64,000 nt of DNA from an uncultured Candidatus Saccharibacteria bacterium (GCA_937903325.1 CALCZR010000060.1:146404-210403); one strand, 5' to 3'. Positions 27,749-40,187 are shown, counted from the first letter of the stretch. A program made the numbers and translations. The notes: a model not told the origin generated them from the sequence alone.

Positions 27749-28916
27749 ATAGTACCGCGATACCCCCTACCCCAGCAACTACCCCTGTATGCAGTGGCGG
27801 TTTAATATCAGTAGCCTTTTCCTTACCTGCAGCCGTTTTCGCACCAGTGACTGCTGACTTTACTTGTGCCTTTTTGGTGGCTGCTTTTTTAGTTACAGCC
27901 TTCTTTGTTGCTGCCTTACCTTCTTTTTTAGCTGCACTTGCATCTGCTTGACCAAAGCTGTTGGCAGTATTCGGTGTCGGCTCAATCGTCCATTGCCAAC
28001 TAACACCATCCCAGGCATATGCCTGCCCTTCTTCTGCCGACTCATATTGTGTTTCACTCAGAACACTACCGTCTGGCGACTGTAGCTGCACTCTACTCGC
28101 TGTATTGCTGAGACTTAACTTTGTTTCGGTAATGTAGAATGCTTTGTATTGCCCGGTCTCAAGAGCCTGATTAGAAAACGTGAAGCTCTTGCCCAGACTC
28201 GGCCCAACCAGTAGCTTGTAGCCAGTCAGTTCCACAGTCGTATCCCCTCCGTTATACAGTTCTATATACTCACCTTCTGCATCCGTAGCTGGGCTTGCCG
28301 GATTAGGCAGTAGCTCACTGAGAATAATATTCCCAGCACCAGCGCCATTAGGGACGTTCGGCACATCTGCATCGCCAAAATCCACCGCATTACTACCCGT
28401 CATACTGTATACACTTGCCGCGTCCCGTTGTCGATGTAGCATAGCTCCGGGCAACGGGGCAGGCGCAGCCTCCCCCTTGGGACTAGCTGCCGTGCCCCAG
28501 CCTACAAAATCTATTTCTTGACCCGCCTTGCTGAGCCGTAAATGCCCACCACCGGCGGCCAGCGTAGCGGCGAATACCTGCTGTGCAGTTGCTTCATCGT
28601 AGCCTTTTGCGGTCAGCACAAAAATCGCACCAGGCGCTACAGACCCAGTAAGCGGAATAGCTCTGGCTGGCGTCGTAAGACTTTTCGGATTCGCCGAGTA
28701 ATACTCTAATCGATACGCAGACAAGTCTATACTCTGGGCACTGACATTAGCTAACTCAATGCGTTCCTGGCTAGCGTTCTGTAGCCCACCAGTTTGGATG
28801 CCTACTATGAGTAAACTTGGTGTTTCTGCATGTATAGTCACAACCATCGTGCTCCAAAATACGACACTAATTGCCACAACTGCAGCTGTTACCCTCTTCA
28901 TGTTTCCATGATACAC
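27675..28916 (-). CDS. lamin-tail-domain (LTD) surface protein with C-terminal TM anchor
   Basis: ILSELLPNPASPATDAEGEYIELYN and a first LTD-like half (IELANVS ... YRLEYYS). Lys/Ala-rich linker. The 3' end overlaps the tsaE start by 65-74 nt. Confidence 0.7.
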   Translation of the reverse strand: MYHGNMKRVTAAVVAISVVFWSTMVVTIHAETPSLLIVGIQTGGLQNASQERIELANVSAQSIDLSAYRLEYYSANPKSLTTPARAIPLTGSVAPGAIFVLTAKGYDEATAQQVFAATLAAGGGHLRLSKAGQEIDFVGWGTAASPKGEAAPAPLPGAMLHRQRDAASVYSMTGSNAVDFGDADVPNVPNGAGAGNIILSELLPNPASPATDAEGEYIELYNGGDTTVELTGYKLLVGPSLGKSFTFSNQALETGQYKAFYITETKLSLSNTASRVQLQSPDGSVLSETQYESAEEGQAYAWDGVSWQWTIEPTPNTANSFGQADASAAKKEGKAATKKAVTKKAATKKAQVKSAVTGAKTAAGKEKATDIKPPLHTGVVAGVGGIAVLYGAYEYRQDVISFYRKLRGDRKAR

Positions 28917-28977
28917 AGCAGTAATATATTTACAAAATATATTTTACAGAAGCACAACCTTAATATACTTGTAGTGT

Positions 28978-29511
28978 TTAGCTTGCTGGAGCGGGGCTCG
29001 CCACTGGTGAGCCAGCGCGGATTGGTTGCAACGGATCTTTGATAATTATCTTACCCCGATTAACTTCAACTATCTGGTTACGGTCAACGCTCAGGCTGCC
29101 ACCAGCAAAGTTTCTAACGAGCGACTGCACAACATACAGTTTCTGGATGATCATACTGTCTGGTTCTGTTGCAAAGTCAGTAATCTTCCCCAACTTCTTC
29201 TTGTTTTCCGTTACCACTATCTTACCTATCAGCTGGAAGTCCCATTCCAGTACTTCTTTAAGCCGGACGAGGTCTTCTGGTTCACTGAGCACTTCATGGT
29301 CGTTAACCACGATGCCCGCCGGCAACACATCTCGAATATCTCGGTGCACGAGTATTAGTGTCTTGTGCTTGTCCATACTGTCCGTAACATAGAACCCCTC
29401 AATCTTTAGATTGGTTGGGTTAATAATAGCCGCTCGGGTAGTTGCCACCTGCCCGCCCGTACGCAGACTCATGACTGGTTGGTTGAGTAAAAGCTTAGAA
29501 AGTATAAACAT
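28978..29511 (-). CDS. PRC-barrel domain protein
   Basis: Two units of the type VMSLRTGGQVATTRAAIINPTNLKIEGFYV / GKITDFATEPDSMIIQKLYV. Confidence 0.45.
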   Translation of the reverse strand: MFILSKLLLNQPVMSLRTGGQVATTRAAIINPTNLKIEGFYVTDSMDKHKTLILVHRDIRDVLPAGIVVNDHEVLSEPEDLVRLKEVLEWDFQLIGKIVVTENKKKLGKITDFATEPDSMIIQKLYVVQSLVRNFAGGSLSVDRNQIVEVNRGKIIIKDPLQPIRAGSPVASPAPAS

Positions 29512-29526
29512 TACAGTTTTAGTATA

Positions 29527-30138
29527 CTACGCCGCCTCATCCATATCTGCCATGGCGTCTTTTACATCCCCATAGTTGTAGCCCTGTCGCATGAGGTAGG
29601 CCATGAGTTTTTGAGGATCTTGGTAACGACTTTGGGTCCGCTTACGCGCAACCAGGTCAGCAAGGACGCTACGGTCGTCTGTTTCATCGTCTCGAAGCAC
29701 TTCGTCAATAACTTGGTCGCTTACTCGCTTAGCCTTGAGCTCCTGCTGCAAGCGACGCTTGCTCGTGCTCTTAAGCAGTCGGCGGTTCTCTACCCATCGC
29801 CGAGCAAACTCAAGATCACTTAACCAATTGCCCTCATATAGTCGATCTACTATCTGCTGCACGAGTTCGGGATCATATTCCTTGCGTCGTAAATATTCAC
29901 GCATTTCCCACTCACTGCGTGGACGGCGAGCCACCTGCCCCAACGCCTGGCTATATGCCTTATCCACCCGGGCATCACTCTTGAGAGCATCTAGCTCTTC
30001 GCCCGTCAGCTCCAGCCCAATACGCAACCCACTGTTCATAAGGGCAAGCTCGCTCAGCCCAAAAACAAACTTACCGTCTACATATATAGAATAGCGGCCC
30101 TGTGTTTTGACCTGTTGTTTGATGTCAGTGATTTGCAT
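29527..30138 (-). CDS. recX: recombination regulator RecX
   Basis: RYSIYVDGKFVFGLSE, then three helical repeats (RRPRSEWEMREYLRRKEYD, IVDRLYEGNWLSDLEFARRWVENR). Confidence 0.8.
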   Translation of the reverse strand: MQITDIKQQVKTQGRYSIYVDGKFVFGLSELALMNSGLRIGLELTGEELDALKSDARVDKAYSQALGQVARRPRSEWEMREYLRRKEYDPELVQQIVDRLYEGNWLSDLEFARRWVENRRLLKSTSKRRLQQELKAKRVSDQVIDEVLRDDETDDRSVLADLVARKRTQSRYQDPQKLMAYLMRQGYNYGDVKDAMADMDEAA

Positions 30139-30713
30139 TACAGAATTCTGTCTTGTTCGAGACGATCCGTGAGCTCAGTAAGCTCAAGTTTTCCTGAACC
30201 CCCGCCAAGATGGTGTCCATGGGGGATAGTTATGAAGGTTCCACCCACTGCATCGCAAAGAATCTTAGAATCCTCAATATCACAGTAAGGATCATCATCC
30301 CCATGCACAAAATAGAAAGTATCAGCCCCTTGCTTCAACTTCACAGGGTCAAACTCCTCAACAAACAGGCCATCGAAATGTCCATCCGGCCAAGCACCCA
30401 ATGACTTAGTAAGCTTTTCGTTCAAAAATGCACCCATCAAAACAACGGCCTTAGCCCTCGGGAACCAATCAGCCAACAGCAAGTTTAGTGCTGTTGTTGC
30501 ACCCGACGAATGCCCTATCACAATATTGTCAGAGAAATCCCAACCAGATTCACGAAGAAATTTTTCATACGTTTGCCGGTTTGGCTTGCCATTGTCGGGC
30601 AATATTGGGAAGAATACTTCATAGCCTTGATCTTCCAGATACTTCTTTAACCATGGCTGCCATTTAATACGTGGATCCGCATCGGTACCGTGGAGTATAA
30701 CTGCTCGTTTCAT
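30138..30713 (-). CDS. alpha/beta serine hydrolase (YdeN/RBBP9-like)
   Basis: VILHGTD, GHSSGA nucleophile elbow, HGDDDPY, and a distal HGHH. Confidence 0.55.
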   Translation of the reverse strand: MKRAVILHGTDADPRIKWQPWLKKYLEDQGYEVFFPILPDNGKPNRQTYEKFLRESGWDFSDNIVIGHSSGATTALNLLLADWFPRAKAVVLMGAFLNEKLTKSLGAWPDGHFDGLFVEEFDPVKLKQGADTFYFVHGDDDPYCDIEDSKILCDAVGGTFITIPHGHHLGGGSGKLELTELTDRLEQDRIL

Positions 30714-30748
30714 ATTATTAGCCTACCTGTTTCTCTAGCCTATGCAAG

Positions 30749-31204
30749 TTAACTAAAACGAATCCCAAGGGATGCCGCCTCATCCACCCATGATGCAGCT
30801 AGTTTTGCTGCAGATGTAAATTCATATATGAGGACATTGGGGCTATCAGGTGTTGGTGTACGGGCTTCATGTACATGTCGTCCTATGATTTCATTCTCAT
30901 ATTGGTGGTGCCTACCCCAGGTCTGCGTAACTGCCACAACCTCAGCGGTCGCGCCAACAAGAGCAATACCCAGTTCTGCGGCAATCTTCCCCTGACTAGC
31001 TTCGCCACCACGCTGCCAAAGTTCCCAAATCGTCAGTCCGTAACCAGAGAAGAATACCGCTGCAGAGACCGCCGACTCACCAATGAGTCGATGACCCATG
31101 CGCTTCATGACGCCGCGCAGCTGTGGCTCGGTTGTCTCGGTGTCGTTAATGTCAGGTAGATCGCGGTATAACGCGCGATCTACCCAGTTCTGAACTCTTC
31201 CCAT
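30749..31204 (-). CDS. hypothetical membrane protein
   Basis: 151-aa ORF with two central hydrophobic helices, immediately downstream of recA. Confidence 0.4.
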   Translation of the reverse strand: MGRVQNWVDRALYRDLPDINDTETTEPQLRGVMKRMGHRLIGESAVSAAVFFSGYGLTIWELWQRGGEASQGKIAAELGIALVGATAEVVAVTQTWGRHHQYENEIIGRHVHEARTPTPDSPNVLIYEFTSAAKLAASWVDEAASLGIRFS

Positions 31205-31216
31205 ATTAGGGGTAGT

Positions 31217-32266
31217 CTACGCCTCTTTGGCTGCTGCGTCACTAACTTTCTTAGCGATCTCGTCTAGAACCTTTGGATTTTCTTCCAAGTAGGTCTTGGT
31301 CGCTTCACGCCCCTGACCAATCTTGCCATCGTTGTAGGCAAACCATGCCCCAGCCTTCTCGACAATGTCATGTTCAACGGCAAGGTCAAGTACATCGCCA
31401 CTTCGGGAGATGCCCTTGTTATACATAATGTCGAACTCGGCTTGTCGGAACGGCGGCGCAATCTTATTCTTCACCACCTTCACCCGTGTACGGTTACCAA
31501 CAATATTCTCACCCTGCTTAATCTGCGCAATACGACGAATATCCATACGCACACTGGCATAGAACTTGAGTGCGTTACCACCGGTAGTAGTTTCAGGGTT
31601 ACCGAACATAACACCAATCTTCATACGGATCTGGTTAATAAATATAACGGTGCCTTTACTTCGGCTAATAACACCCGTAAGCTTACGGAGCGCTTGGCTC
31701 ATGAGTCGTGCCTGAAGACCCATGTGACTATCGCCCATGTCACCTTCGATTTCTGCTCGTGGTACCAATGCTGCTACTGAGTCAACCACGATAAGGTCAA
31801 CGGCGTTACTGCGTACCAAAGTTTCTACGATCTCAAGTGCTTGTTCACCGTTATCTGGTTGAGAAAGCAGCAGATTCTCGACATCTACCCCAATTCGCTT
31901 GGCATAAGCTGGATCAAGAGCGTGCTCAGCATCGATAAATGCTGCCGTGCCACCTTGGCGCTGAATCTGCGCAATAGCATGCAGCGTTAGTGTGGTCTTA
32001 CCAGAAGATTCTGGACCATAAATTTCAATAATACGACCCTTAGGAATACCGCCACCTAGTGCAAGATCAAGCGACAAGCTACCGGTAGGAATACATTCCA
32101 CTTTTTCAGCATACGAGTCACCCATCTTCATGATCGAACCTTTACCGAACTGTTTTTCAATAGTGTCGAGCGCCAGGCCAAGAGCCTTGCTCTTACCATC
32201 GGCCGAACTAGACTCTTTGGTAATATCTTTAGTTGCGTCGACTTTTTTTGGCTTCTTATCTGCCAT
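31217..32266 (-). CDS. recA: recombinase RecA
   Basis: [73 protein letters not shown]. Confidence 0.98.
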   Translation of the reverse strand: MADKKPKKVDATKDITKESSSADGKSKALGLALDTIEKQFGKGSIMKMGDSYAEKVECIPTGSLSLDLALGGGIPKGRIIEIYGPESSGKTTLTLHAIAQIQRQGGTAAFIDAEHALDPAYAKRIGVDVENLLLSQPDNGEQALEIVETLVRSNAVDLIVVDSVAALVPRAEIEGDMGDSHMGLQARLMSQALRKLTGVISRSKGTVIFINQIRMKIGVMFGNPETTTGGNALKFYASVRMDIRRIAQIKQGENIVGNRTRVKVVKNKIAPPFRQAEFDIMYNKGISRSGDVLDLAVEHDIVEKAGAWFAYNDGKIGQGREATKTYLEENPKVLDEIAKKVSDAAAKEA

Positions 32267-32431
32267 GTTGTTACCCTCCTGACCTATACGGTCTACTTAT
32301 AAAACTATGTTTTCTTGCCTCCACTCTCCGTGGGCCTATAGATAGTATACCAATTCAGTCCGCGTGTTAATTGCTGGCGCTAATAATGTCTGCTATTGAC
32401 GGCATTCTGCTTACGGCTGATAATCTGTAAT

Positions 32432-32884
32432 ATGAATATACGTCACACTAATCAACAGGGCTTTACTATTGTCGAGCTCCTGATCTTCATTATCATCATC
32501 AGCATCCTAGCCGGACTCATCGTAACCTCCTTTGCTGAGTTCAAACAGAAAGACCGTAACCAGAGTCGCCAGAAAGACGTCAAGGCCTTGCAGGTTGCCA
32601 TCGAGGGCTACTACGCTCAGAATGGCAAATACCCAACTCTTGCCGAAATCAATAACACCGCCTGGCGCACTAAAAACGTTAAGGCCCTTGAGAATGACGA
32701 CTTCCAGGACCCCGCTGCCAAGGATTCAAAGCTCGTAGCGAGCCCAGCTCCCGACGTCTACAGCTATGACGTTAAAGCCGACGACAACAACACCTGTGAC
32801 AACAGCGCCAAGGATTGTACTAAGTACACCCTTACGGCAACATTAGAAGGCGCAGATCCCTTCACTAAGAACAACGTAAACTAA
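32432..32884 (+). CDS. type IV pilin-like protein (prepilin N-terminal cleavage/methylation motif)
   Basis: MNIRHTNQQG|FTIVELLIFIIIISILAGL. The track's TTG 32396 start is less likely than ATG 32432. Confidence 0.75.
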   Translation: MNIRHTNQQGFTIVELLIFIIIISILAGLIVTSFAEFKQKDRNQSRQKDVKALQVAIEGYYAQNGKYPTLAEINNTAWRTKNVKALENDDFQDPAAKDSKLVASPAPDVYSYDVKADDNNTCDNSAKDCTKYTLTATLEGADPFTKNNVN

Positions 32885-32891
32885 TAGCTAA

Positions 32892-33629
32892 CTAGACTTG
32901 GTTCTGACCAGTCGGATCAATCGGTGGTTGTGGCGCAGGCACACCGGGATCATTCGTATAAGTAGGTGGCTGCTGAGGCTGCGGTTGTGGCTGCTGCATT
33001 GGCTGAGGCTGCCCACCGACACCAGCCTGCTGTGCATAGGCAAAGCCACGCTGTTCTTCACGGAGCTCTATCTCACGACTGCCCATAAAGCGTTGTCGTG
33101 CTTCCAGTACTAGCTTTGCATAGTGCGCAGCTTGCGGGCAGTAATCAAAATGGAAGTTCTCTTGCTCACCGGCTGTTTCTATAAGAAGCTTGCCGTAGTT
33201 AAGTGTACTCGGGAAGAACCCATCTGAATTAGCAGTGACATCTTCCACGCTCGAGATAGCTAACTGTGAAGTCTTCTTACTAAACAGGCCTGTTTGCAAG
33301 GTTTGGGTAATAGTTTTGTCGGTAATAACCAATTGGCTTTGGTAGTAGATAACGGTAGCCACAAAAACAATGAGAAGCATAAAGCCAATAACAAGTACTG
33401 CACCAAGACCAAGCAGTGTGTATGCCGACTGATTCTGTTCAGGGTCAATAAACTCAGGGAGAAGGTAGTAGATTAAACCACCAGCAGCAACAAGCCCAAT
33501 AAAGGTTTGTACGTATAATTTTACAATCCCAAACGGGTGACGCTTTATGATTGCGAGTACTTGTTCGTCGTCGTCAATCTTATTAAGAGTTTGGCGGAAA
33601 TCTTGCTTAGGTTGTTGTAATGGTTGCAT
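32892..33629 (-). CDS. membrane bPH-domain (YdbS/YdbT-like) protein with Pro/Gln-rich tail
   Basis: ILAIIKRHPFGIVKLYV, two TM helices, a PH-like segment, and a C-terminal QPQPMQQPQPQPQQPP low-complexity tail. Confidence 0.5.
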   Translation of the reverse strand: MQPLQQPKQDFRQTLNKIDDDEQVLAIIKRHPFGIVKLYVQTFIGLVAAGGLIYYLLPEFIDPEQNQSAYTLLGLGAVLVIGFMLLIVFVATVIYYQSQLVITDKTITQTLQTGLFSKKTSQLAISSVEDVTANSDGFFPSTLNYGKLLIETAGEQENFHFDYCPQAAHYAKLVLEARQRFMGSREIELREEQRGFAYAQQAGVGGQPQPMQQPQPQPQQPPTYTNDPGVPAPQPPIDPTGQNQV

Positions 33630-33638
33630 TGCGTCTTA

Positions 33639-34682
33639 TTATAGCAGTGACCCCTGCAAATCGTCACCTTCTTTGGCCACTCCACTTTTACCTAGATGCT
33701 TATACGCCTTAGGTGTAACCTTCCGTCCCCGTGGTGTTCGCTCCAGTAGCCCAATCTGCATAAGGTAGGGTTCGTAGAAATCTTCAATGGTACTACGCTC
33801 TTCAGCCGTTAGCGCTGCCAAGGTTTCAACCCCGACCGGGCCACCGTTATAGTTATCGATAATTGCCAACAGTAACATCCGGTCACCAGGGTCTAAGCCC
33901 AACTCATCTACTTCCAGCAGCTCTAAGGCATGCCTGCTAATGACCGTGTCGATAATGCCGTCACCGTTTACATCAGCGTAGTCACGAACCCGACGCAGCA
34001 ACCGGTTGGCGATGCGCGGTGTTAGTCGTGCCCGCAGTGCCAGCTGGCTGGATGCTTTGTCATCAATACTAATTCCTAATATTCCAGCAGCTCTAGTGAT
34101 AATTCGGGATACTTCTTCGGGGGTATAAAACTCAAGTCGGTGAATCATGCCAAATCGGTCACGTAGTGGTGCTGCCAGAGCACCCGTCCGAGTGGTAGCC
34201 CCAATGAGTGTAAAGTGCGGCAGATCCAGTCGCATACTCTTAGCACTTGGCCCCTTGCCGAGCATGATGTCTAACTTGAAGTCTTCCATAGCGCTGTAGA
34301 GCACCTCTTCCACCGCCCGATTCAAGCGGTGTACCTCGTCAATAAACAGAATGTCACCGTCTTTGAGGTTTGTAAGTAAACTTGCAAGGTCCCCAGCCCG
34401 TTCAATGGCCGGACCACTAGTAATCCTGATCTGGGCACCCATTTCGTTAGCAATAACGCTGGCCATAGTAGTTTTACCAAGCCCTGGCGGACCGTACAGC
34501 AGAACATGATCCAGCGGTTCACCACGCTTCTTGGCTGCGTCTATAGCCAGCTTAATGTTCTTCTTTAGCCGTTCCTGGCCAATATAGTTGGCAAAATCTT
34601 TAGGACGAAGCGTCTGCTCGAGCTCTTGCTCGTCAACATCTTCTTCAGCTACCCCAGTACTCACGATACGTTCAATTGCCAT
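33639..34682 (-). CDS. ruvB: Holliday junction helicase RuvB
   Basis: [48 protein letters not shown]. Confidence 0.97.
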   Translation of the reverse strand: MAIERIVSTGVAEEDVDEQELEQTLRPKDFANYIGQERLKKNIKLAIDAAKKRGEPLDHVLLYGPPGLGKTTMASVIANEMGAQIRITSGPAIERAGDLASLLTNLKDGDILFIDEVHRLNRAVEEVLYSAMEDFKLDIMLGKGPSAKSMRLDLPHFTLIGATTRTGALAAPLRDRFGMIHRLEFYTPEEVSRIITRAAGILGISIDDKASSQLALRARLTPRIANRLLRRVRDYADVNGDGIIDTVISRHALELLEVDELGLDPGDRMLLLAIIDNYNGGPVGVETLAALTAEERSTIEDFYEPYLMQIGLLERTPRGRKVTPKAYKHLGKSGVAKEGDDLQGSLL

Positions 34683-34738
34683 GATCTATATTCTACAATT
34701 TTCTGTGTGCCTGAGCGAACTTCGCCTTCGATTCACTG

Positions 34739-35320
34739 CTATGCGCGGCCAGTTAGAGCTTGTTTGACCCGCTCTTCTACCGGCAATTTTGGATCAACAC
34801 CTTCTAACGCTTGTTGCGCATCTGCATCACTGTAGCCCAATGTCATAAGAGCCTGCACGGCTTCATCTGCCTGGTTAACTCCAGATCTATTAATAAGCTG
34901 TTCGGCAGCACTGCCAACCGGCGCCCCAACCTTATCTCGCAGCTCCACAACAATCTGCTCAGCTGCTCGTTTGCCAACACCCTTTGCAGTCTGCAAGGTC
35001 TTAGCGTCCCCACCTGCGATGGCTGTACGTACTAACGCTTCGTTACCAATATCCAGTACCGCAAGCGCACCCTTAGGCCCAACATTCTTAACGCTGAGCA
35101 ACTGTTCAAAAAGTTGCTTGGTACTCTGCGACTTAAAGCCAATAAGGTCATGGGCATCTTCTTTTATATGTTCATGAATATACAACTTAACTTCCGACCC
35201 GTTATGTAACGTTCCTTGGTCGGTTGCCGTCACCATGACGCCATACCCCACAAAACCAACCTCCAATATGACTTGGTTGCCCTGGTGTTCGGTGACCGTT
35301 CCAGTAAGCGTAGCGATCAT
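34739..35320 (-). CDS. ruvA: Holliday junction DNA-binding protein RuvA
   Basis: MIATLTGTV ... VGYGV, HhH motifs (LLSVKNVGPKGALAVL; LQTAKGVGKRAAEQIV). Confidence 0.93.
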   Translation of the reverse strand: MIATLTGTVTEHQGNQVILEVGFVGYGVMVTATDQGTLHNGSEVKLYIHEHIKEDAHDLIGFKSQSTKQLFEQLLSVKNVGPKGALAVLDIGNEALVRTAIAGGDAKTLQTAKGVGKRAAEQIVVELRDKVGAPVGSAAEQLINRSGVNQADEAVQALMTLGYSDADAQQALEGVDPKLPVEERVKQALTGRA

Positions 35321-35721
35321 AGGTCGAGGTCCTGTATTTTACGAGCTAGGTCAGCAAGATCGTCAAACTCAATAGATAAGTCAGTTAGTTCGTGTACATA
35401 GGTTTTGGCGTTCTTCTGCCGAGCTACAATAACCGGCTTGTCCTTTGCAATGGTGTAACCAACTTCAATGAGTTGCCCTTCACTTTTTTCACTATTCATA
35501 ATCAGTACAAACAGACCATCCATGGAGTCCATCTTTTCAAAGGCATGCTTCATGATCTGCCCGGCCGTAGCTTTGTTCTGCACAAAGGTGTCTTCGTCAA
35601 ACAGCGTGGCATAGGCCTTAATATCTTTGGCAGCAAGTGCTGTTTCTATGGTACGAATACGTTTTTCTAGTTCCAGGAGATCTTCACCGGTATGACGGTA
35701 GGCAATAAAGAATTGTTTCAC
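35317..35721 (-). CDS. nucleoside 2-deoxyribosyltransferase-like (Rossmann-like) protein inserted between ruvC and ruvA
   Basis: FIAYRHTGE ... SEGQLIEVGYTIAKDKPVIV resembles the E-x-G-x-A-x-x-x-GKP signature of that fold. Has a 4-nt overlap with ruvA. Confidence 0.35.
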   Translation of the reverse strand: MKQFFIAYRHTGEDLLELEKRIRTIETALAAKDIKAYATLFDEDTFVQNKATAGQIMKHAFEKMDSMDGLFVLIMNSEKSEGQLIEVGYTIAKDKPVIVARQKNAKTYVHELTDLSIEFDDLADLARKIQDLDL

Positions 35722-35742
35722 CCCACCATTATTACACAGAAA

Positions 35743-37352
<1,610 letters not shown>

Positions 37353-37375
37353 GTATTCTCCTCTGTCTGCAAGCG

Positions 37376-38851
37376 TTAGTCAGCTACCACCGGTTCAGTG
37401 AGTGGGGCAGGTTGGTTTAATACGATTTTACCATTTTTAGGTGCCTTCCGCCACCAGACTACCATGAGCAGCAGGACTAAAACGTAGGCGCAAACCAACT
37501 GCCACAGCCCTATCCCTACCACCATGGAAGCCTTAGGCAACTGCGCCAATATATTAACTACGTCAACCATGTAGGTCATAGTCAGTGTTGCTGGCCAGGC
37601 CACCCACCCAGCCAGAGTCGGAGCAAGCATACCAGCCAAGCCAGCCACGAACGTTAAGGCCATGGCAATCGGTGTGAGCGGTACGACTAACATGTTAGCC
37701 ACCAACGCAATGACCGACAGTCTTCCAAAGATAAACAAGATAATAGGCAGTGTTAGGACTTGGGCGGACATGGTTTCAACGAATAGTTGCACTAGGATCT
37801 TTGGCTTACGTTTCAGAAACCGTGCGTGGAATAACGGTGCCAATATAAGTACACCCACGAACGCCAAGAACGACAAATGCCAACCCAAATCACTCCACAA
37901 GTAGGGTGGGAATGTCCCGGCCGTCAGCACTGCAGAAAATAGGATGAGTAACCACGGCTTAAATGCTCGGCCGTAGTACCAAGCCCACAGACTCAGCAAA
38001 CTCACTAGTGCCGCCCGCACGATAGAAGCACTACTACCTGTTATGGCCAGAAACAACAGAACAAGTCCAAGCGTTAACATAGTTGCTTGGTACTTAGACC
38101 GCTGCTTAGCTAGCCGATGCGCAAGGTTAACCATAATGGTCAGATTGTAGCCACTCACCGCCACAATGTGTGTCAGACCCACAATAGACAGATTGTCGTT
38201 CAGGACACTGGGTAGGGTAGTTCGTTGCCCGATTAGTATCCCTAACCCCAACGAACCAAGTGGCTCCGGTACCGTTGACTGCAATCCGGCCGCAAATTCC
38301 CTGCGCATCTTATCCACTACTGAGTTCCCTTTCTGCACCCGATGGATACGTGCAAAAGTCATGCTGGCCTGCCGTGATCCACGAGCGGGATACAGCTTTG
38401 CCTGCACCTCTACCCGGTCACCACGGTAGATCATCTGCTCGCCAAAACCTTTGACACCGATCGTCCCGACCAAGTCATCAACATATGGTTCAACCAACTG
38501 TATGTCACTGACGTCAAAAGTAATCTGGGCTTTCTCGCCGTACACAGAATCGCTGGTAGCAGTCGCTAAAATGGTCACAGGCTTCTTAGCCAGGAACTGG
38601 TAGGGAAGTAGCTTCTGCATGTAAACCGTGCCCCGCCAACACCCTACCAACAGGCCTATCACAGTAATGCTTAACAAGCTAAGTATATTACGGCGCCAGA
38701 GCAGGGGAATCAAAAGCACTACCGTAACAACTATTAAAACTGCAATGTCTACTCGCACCCGTCGAGCAATAGCCAGACCCACCAGAAACGCAAGCAAACC
38801 AATAGTTAGTAGTGTGGTTCTACGAAAATACCCCCTGCTTGTCATATTCAC
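37376..38851 (-). CDS. comEC: ComEC/Rec2 family competence channel (no C-terminal MBL domain)
   Basis: N-terminal TM/OB region, then GLTHIVAVSGYNLTI and about 10 further TM helices. Confidence 0.8.
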   Translation of the reverse strand: MNMTSRGYFRRTTLLTIGLLAFLVGLAIARRVRVDIAVLIVVTVVLLIPLLWRRNILSLLSITVIGLLVGCWRGTVYMQKLLPYQFLAKKPVTILATATSDSVYGEKAQITFDVSDIQLVEPYVDDLVGTIGVKGFGEQMIYRGDRVEVQAKLYPARGSRQASMTFARIHRVQKGNSVVDKMRREFAAGLQSTVPEPLGSLGLGILIGQRTTLPSVLNDNLSIVGLTHIVAVSGYNLTIMVNLAHRLAKQRSKYQATMLTLGLVLLFLAITGSSASIVRAALVSLLSLWAWYYGRAFKPWLLILFSAVLTAGTFPPYLWSDLGWHLSFLAFVGVLILAPLFHARFLKRKPKILVQLFVETMSAQVLTLPIILFIFGRLSVIALVANMLVVPLTPIAMALTFVAGLAGMLAPTLAGWVAWPATLTMTYMVDVVNILAQLPKASMVVGIGLWQLVCAYVLVLLLMVVWWRKAPKNGKIVLNQPAPLTEPVVAD

Positions 38852-38968
38852 AGCCTACCTGCGTTTGTAACAACAAACAAAACCACCTTTGCACACACTA
38901 GGAGCATTGACTTTTTAGCCAAAATACGGATAATGTAAGGAGTTATTTTCCTTCTTGGAAAGAGCTAT

Positions 38969-39045
38969 GGGCCCATAGCTCAGCCGGTTAGAGCACCTGC
39001 CTTTTAAGCAGGGTGTCGTGGGTTCGAGTCCCACTGGGCCCTCCA
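38969..39045 (+). tRNA. tRNA-Lys(UUU): tRNA-Lys (anticodon UUU), CCA encoded
   Basis: GGGCCCA/TGGGCCC acceptor, anticodon stem CCTGC/GCAGG, loop CTTTTAA, T arm GTGGG-TTCGAGT-CCCAC. Confidence 0.9.
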
Positions 39046-39048
39046 AAA

Positions 39049-39088
39049 GAAAGCACTCATCCTCGCCGATGGGTGTTTTCTTTTTTTT
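39049..39088 (+). terminator. intrinsic terminator after tRNA-Lys
   Basis: GAAAGCACTCATC-ctcgcc-GATGGGTGTTTTC followed by T8. Confidence 0.7.
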
Positions 39089-39162
39089 GGTATCGTATTG
39101 TCTCGCTACTATTGAGACGAGGAACATTGCTTATGCTTTGATGACGGCCTATTATTAAGAAT

Positions 39163-40011
39163 ATGAATAAAAATCAAAACGGATTCAGTCATGTTCTCGT
39201 TCTTGTAATACTAGTCCTCCTCATTGGAATTGGATTTGCTGGCTTTAGAGTTTTTAGCAATCAGGGCTCCAGTAAGCCCGCTGGGGCAAAAACAGAGGGA
39301 TCAACAAAGCAATCACAGAACAATAAAGTAAGCGAAGAAGAAGCACCTCCAGTACTCGCAAAAAATATTGGCTTTAACTTTGACTTCTACGACCCGGCAA
39401 CGAAGCGGGCTGGTGATTTTGTATTTGCAAACATACCGGCATTGAGCGACCCAATCAGCGGTAACAGTATGTGGCATGACTACGGCGTAAAAGATAAAAA
39501 ACCTGGGTCAGGCAAGCCAAATCCTCAGACAGTATTCTTCCTGCCAGGTGGCACCAAGATTACTGCCATGGTTGATGGTGAGGTTGTTGGCATGACTGAG
39601 CTATATAGCAAAGATTTCGGCATCATGATTGCCAAGGATAAGCAGAGCAAATGGCGCTATGAACATGAACATGTAGTGAAGCCTAGGGTGAAACTCGGAG
39701 ACAAAGTGAAAGCTGGTGACGTTATCGCCGAAGTAGGCGCGCACACCAATTACCAATATGGTGGCTATGGTTTCTTTGAGATAGGATTGTACAGGCCGCA
39801 CTCTAACGGTGTTGGCGGTCACGAAGACTGTGTCTTTAAGTTTCTAGACCCATCAGTCAAAAAAGATATTGAGGCCAAGGTTACTGCCTTCTACAAAGGC
39901 TGGGAAGATTATCGTGGAGACACGACGTTGTACGATGAAGCAAATAATTACTCTCCTGGCTGTGCAGTAGGCGACACCATCTCATGGGAAAAAGTTCAGA
40001 TGACTAATTAG
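39163..40011 (+). CDS. secreted protein with degenerate LytM/M23-like domain
   Basis: Signal anchor; YEHEHVVKPRVKLGDKVKAGDVIAEVG resembles the M23 beta-barrel, but I see no clear HxH. Confidence 0.35.
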   Translation: MNKNQNGFSHVLVLVILVLLIGIGFAGFRVFSNQGSSKPAGAKTEGSTKQSQNNKVSEEEAPPVLAKNIGFNFDFYDPATKRAGDFVFANIPALSDPISGNSMWHDYGVKDKKPGSGKPNPQTVFFLPGGTKITAMVDGEVVGMTELYSKDFGIMIAKDKQSKWRYEHEHVVKPRVKLGDKVKAGDVIAEVGAHTNYQYGGYGFFEIGLYRPHSNGVGGHEDCVFKFLDPSVKKDIEAKVTAFYKGWEDYRGDTTLYDEANNYSPGCAVGDTISWEKVQMTN

Positions 40012-40187
40012 GATTTACCTAGATTTCTTTTGTAGATGGCACAATGTCTAGAGTCTAATGGGAACAGTGTGATTAAAGGCTGCGTGAATTAGATCTTAAA
40101 ATAGTTGCAATAGTTTGTATCTTGCTCCTCCACCTAATGAGTTAATGTACCCCATACTGTGGAGCGCTTGTTTGATATAGTTAGACT

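Noticed and set aside
27840-27965. The repetitive GC/T-rich stretch could be a tandem-repeat element.
   Set aside because: It is the coding sequence of a Lys/Ala/Thr-rich linker (KKAATKKAVTKKAATKKAQVK) within the LTD protein. This is low-complexity coding sequence, not a non-coding repeat.
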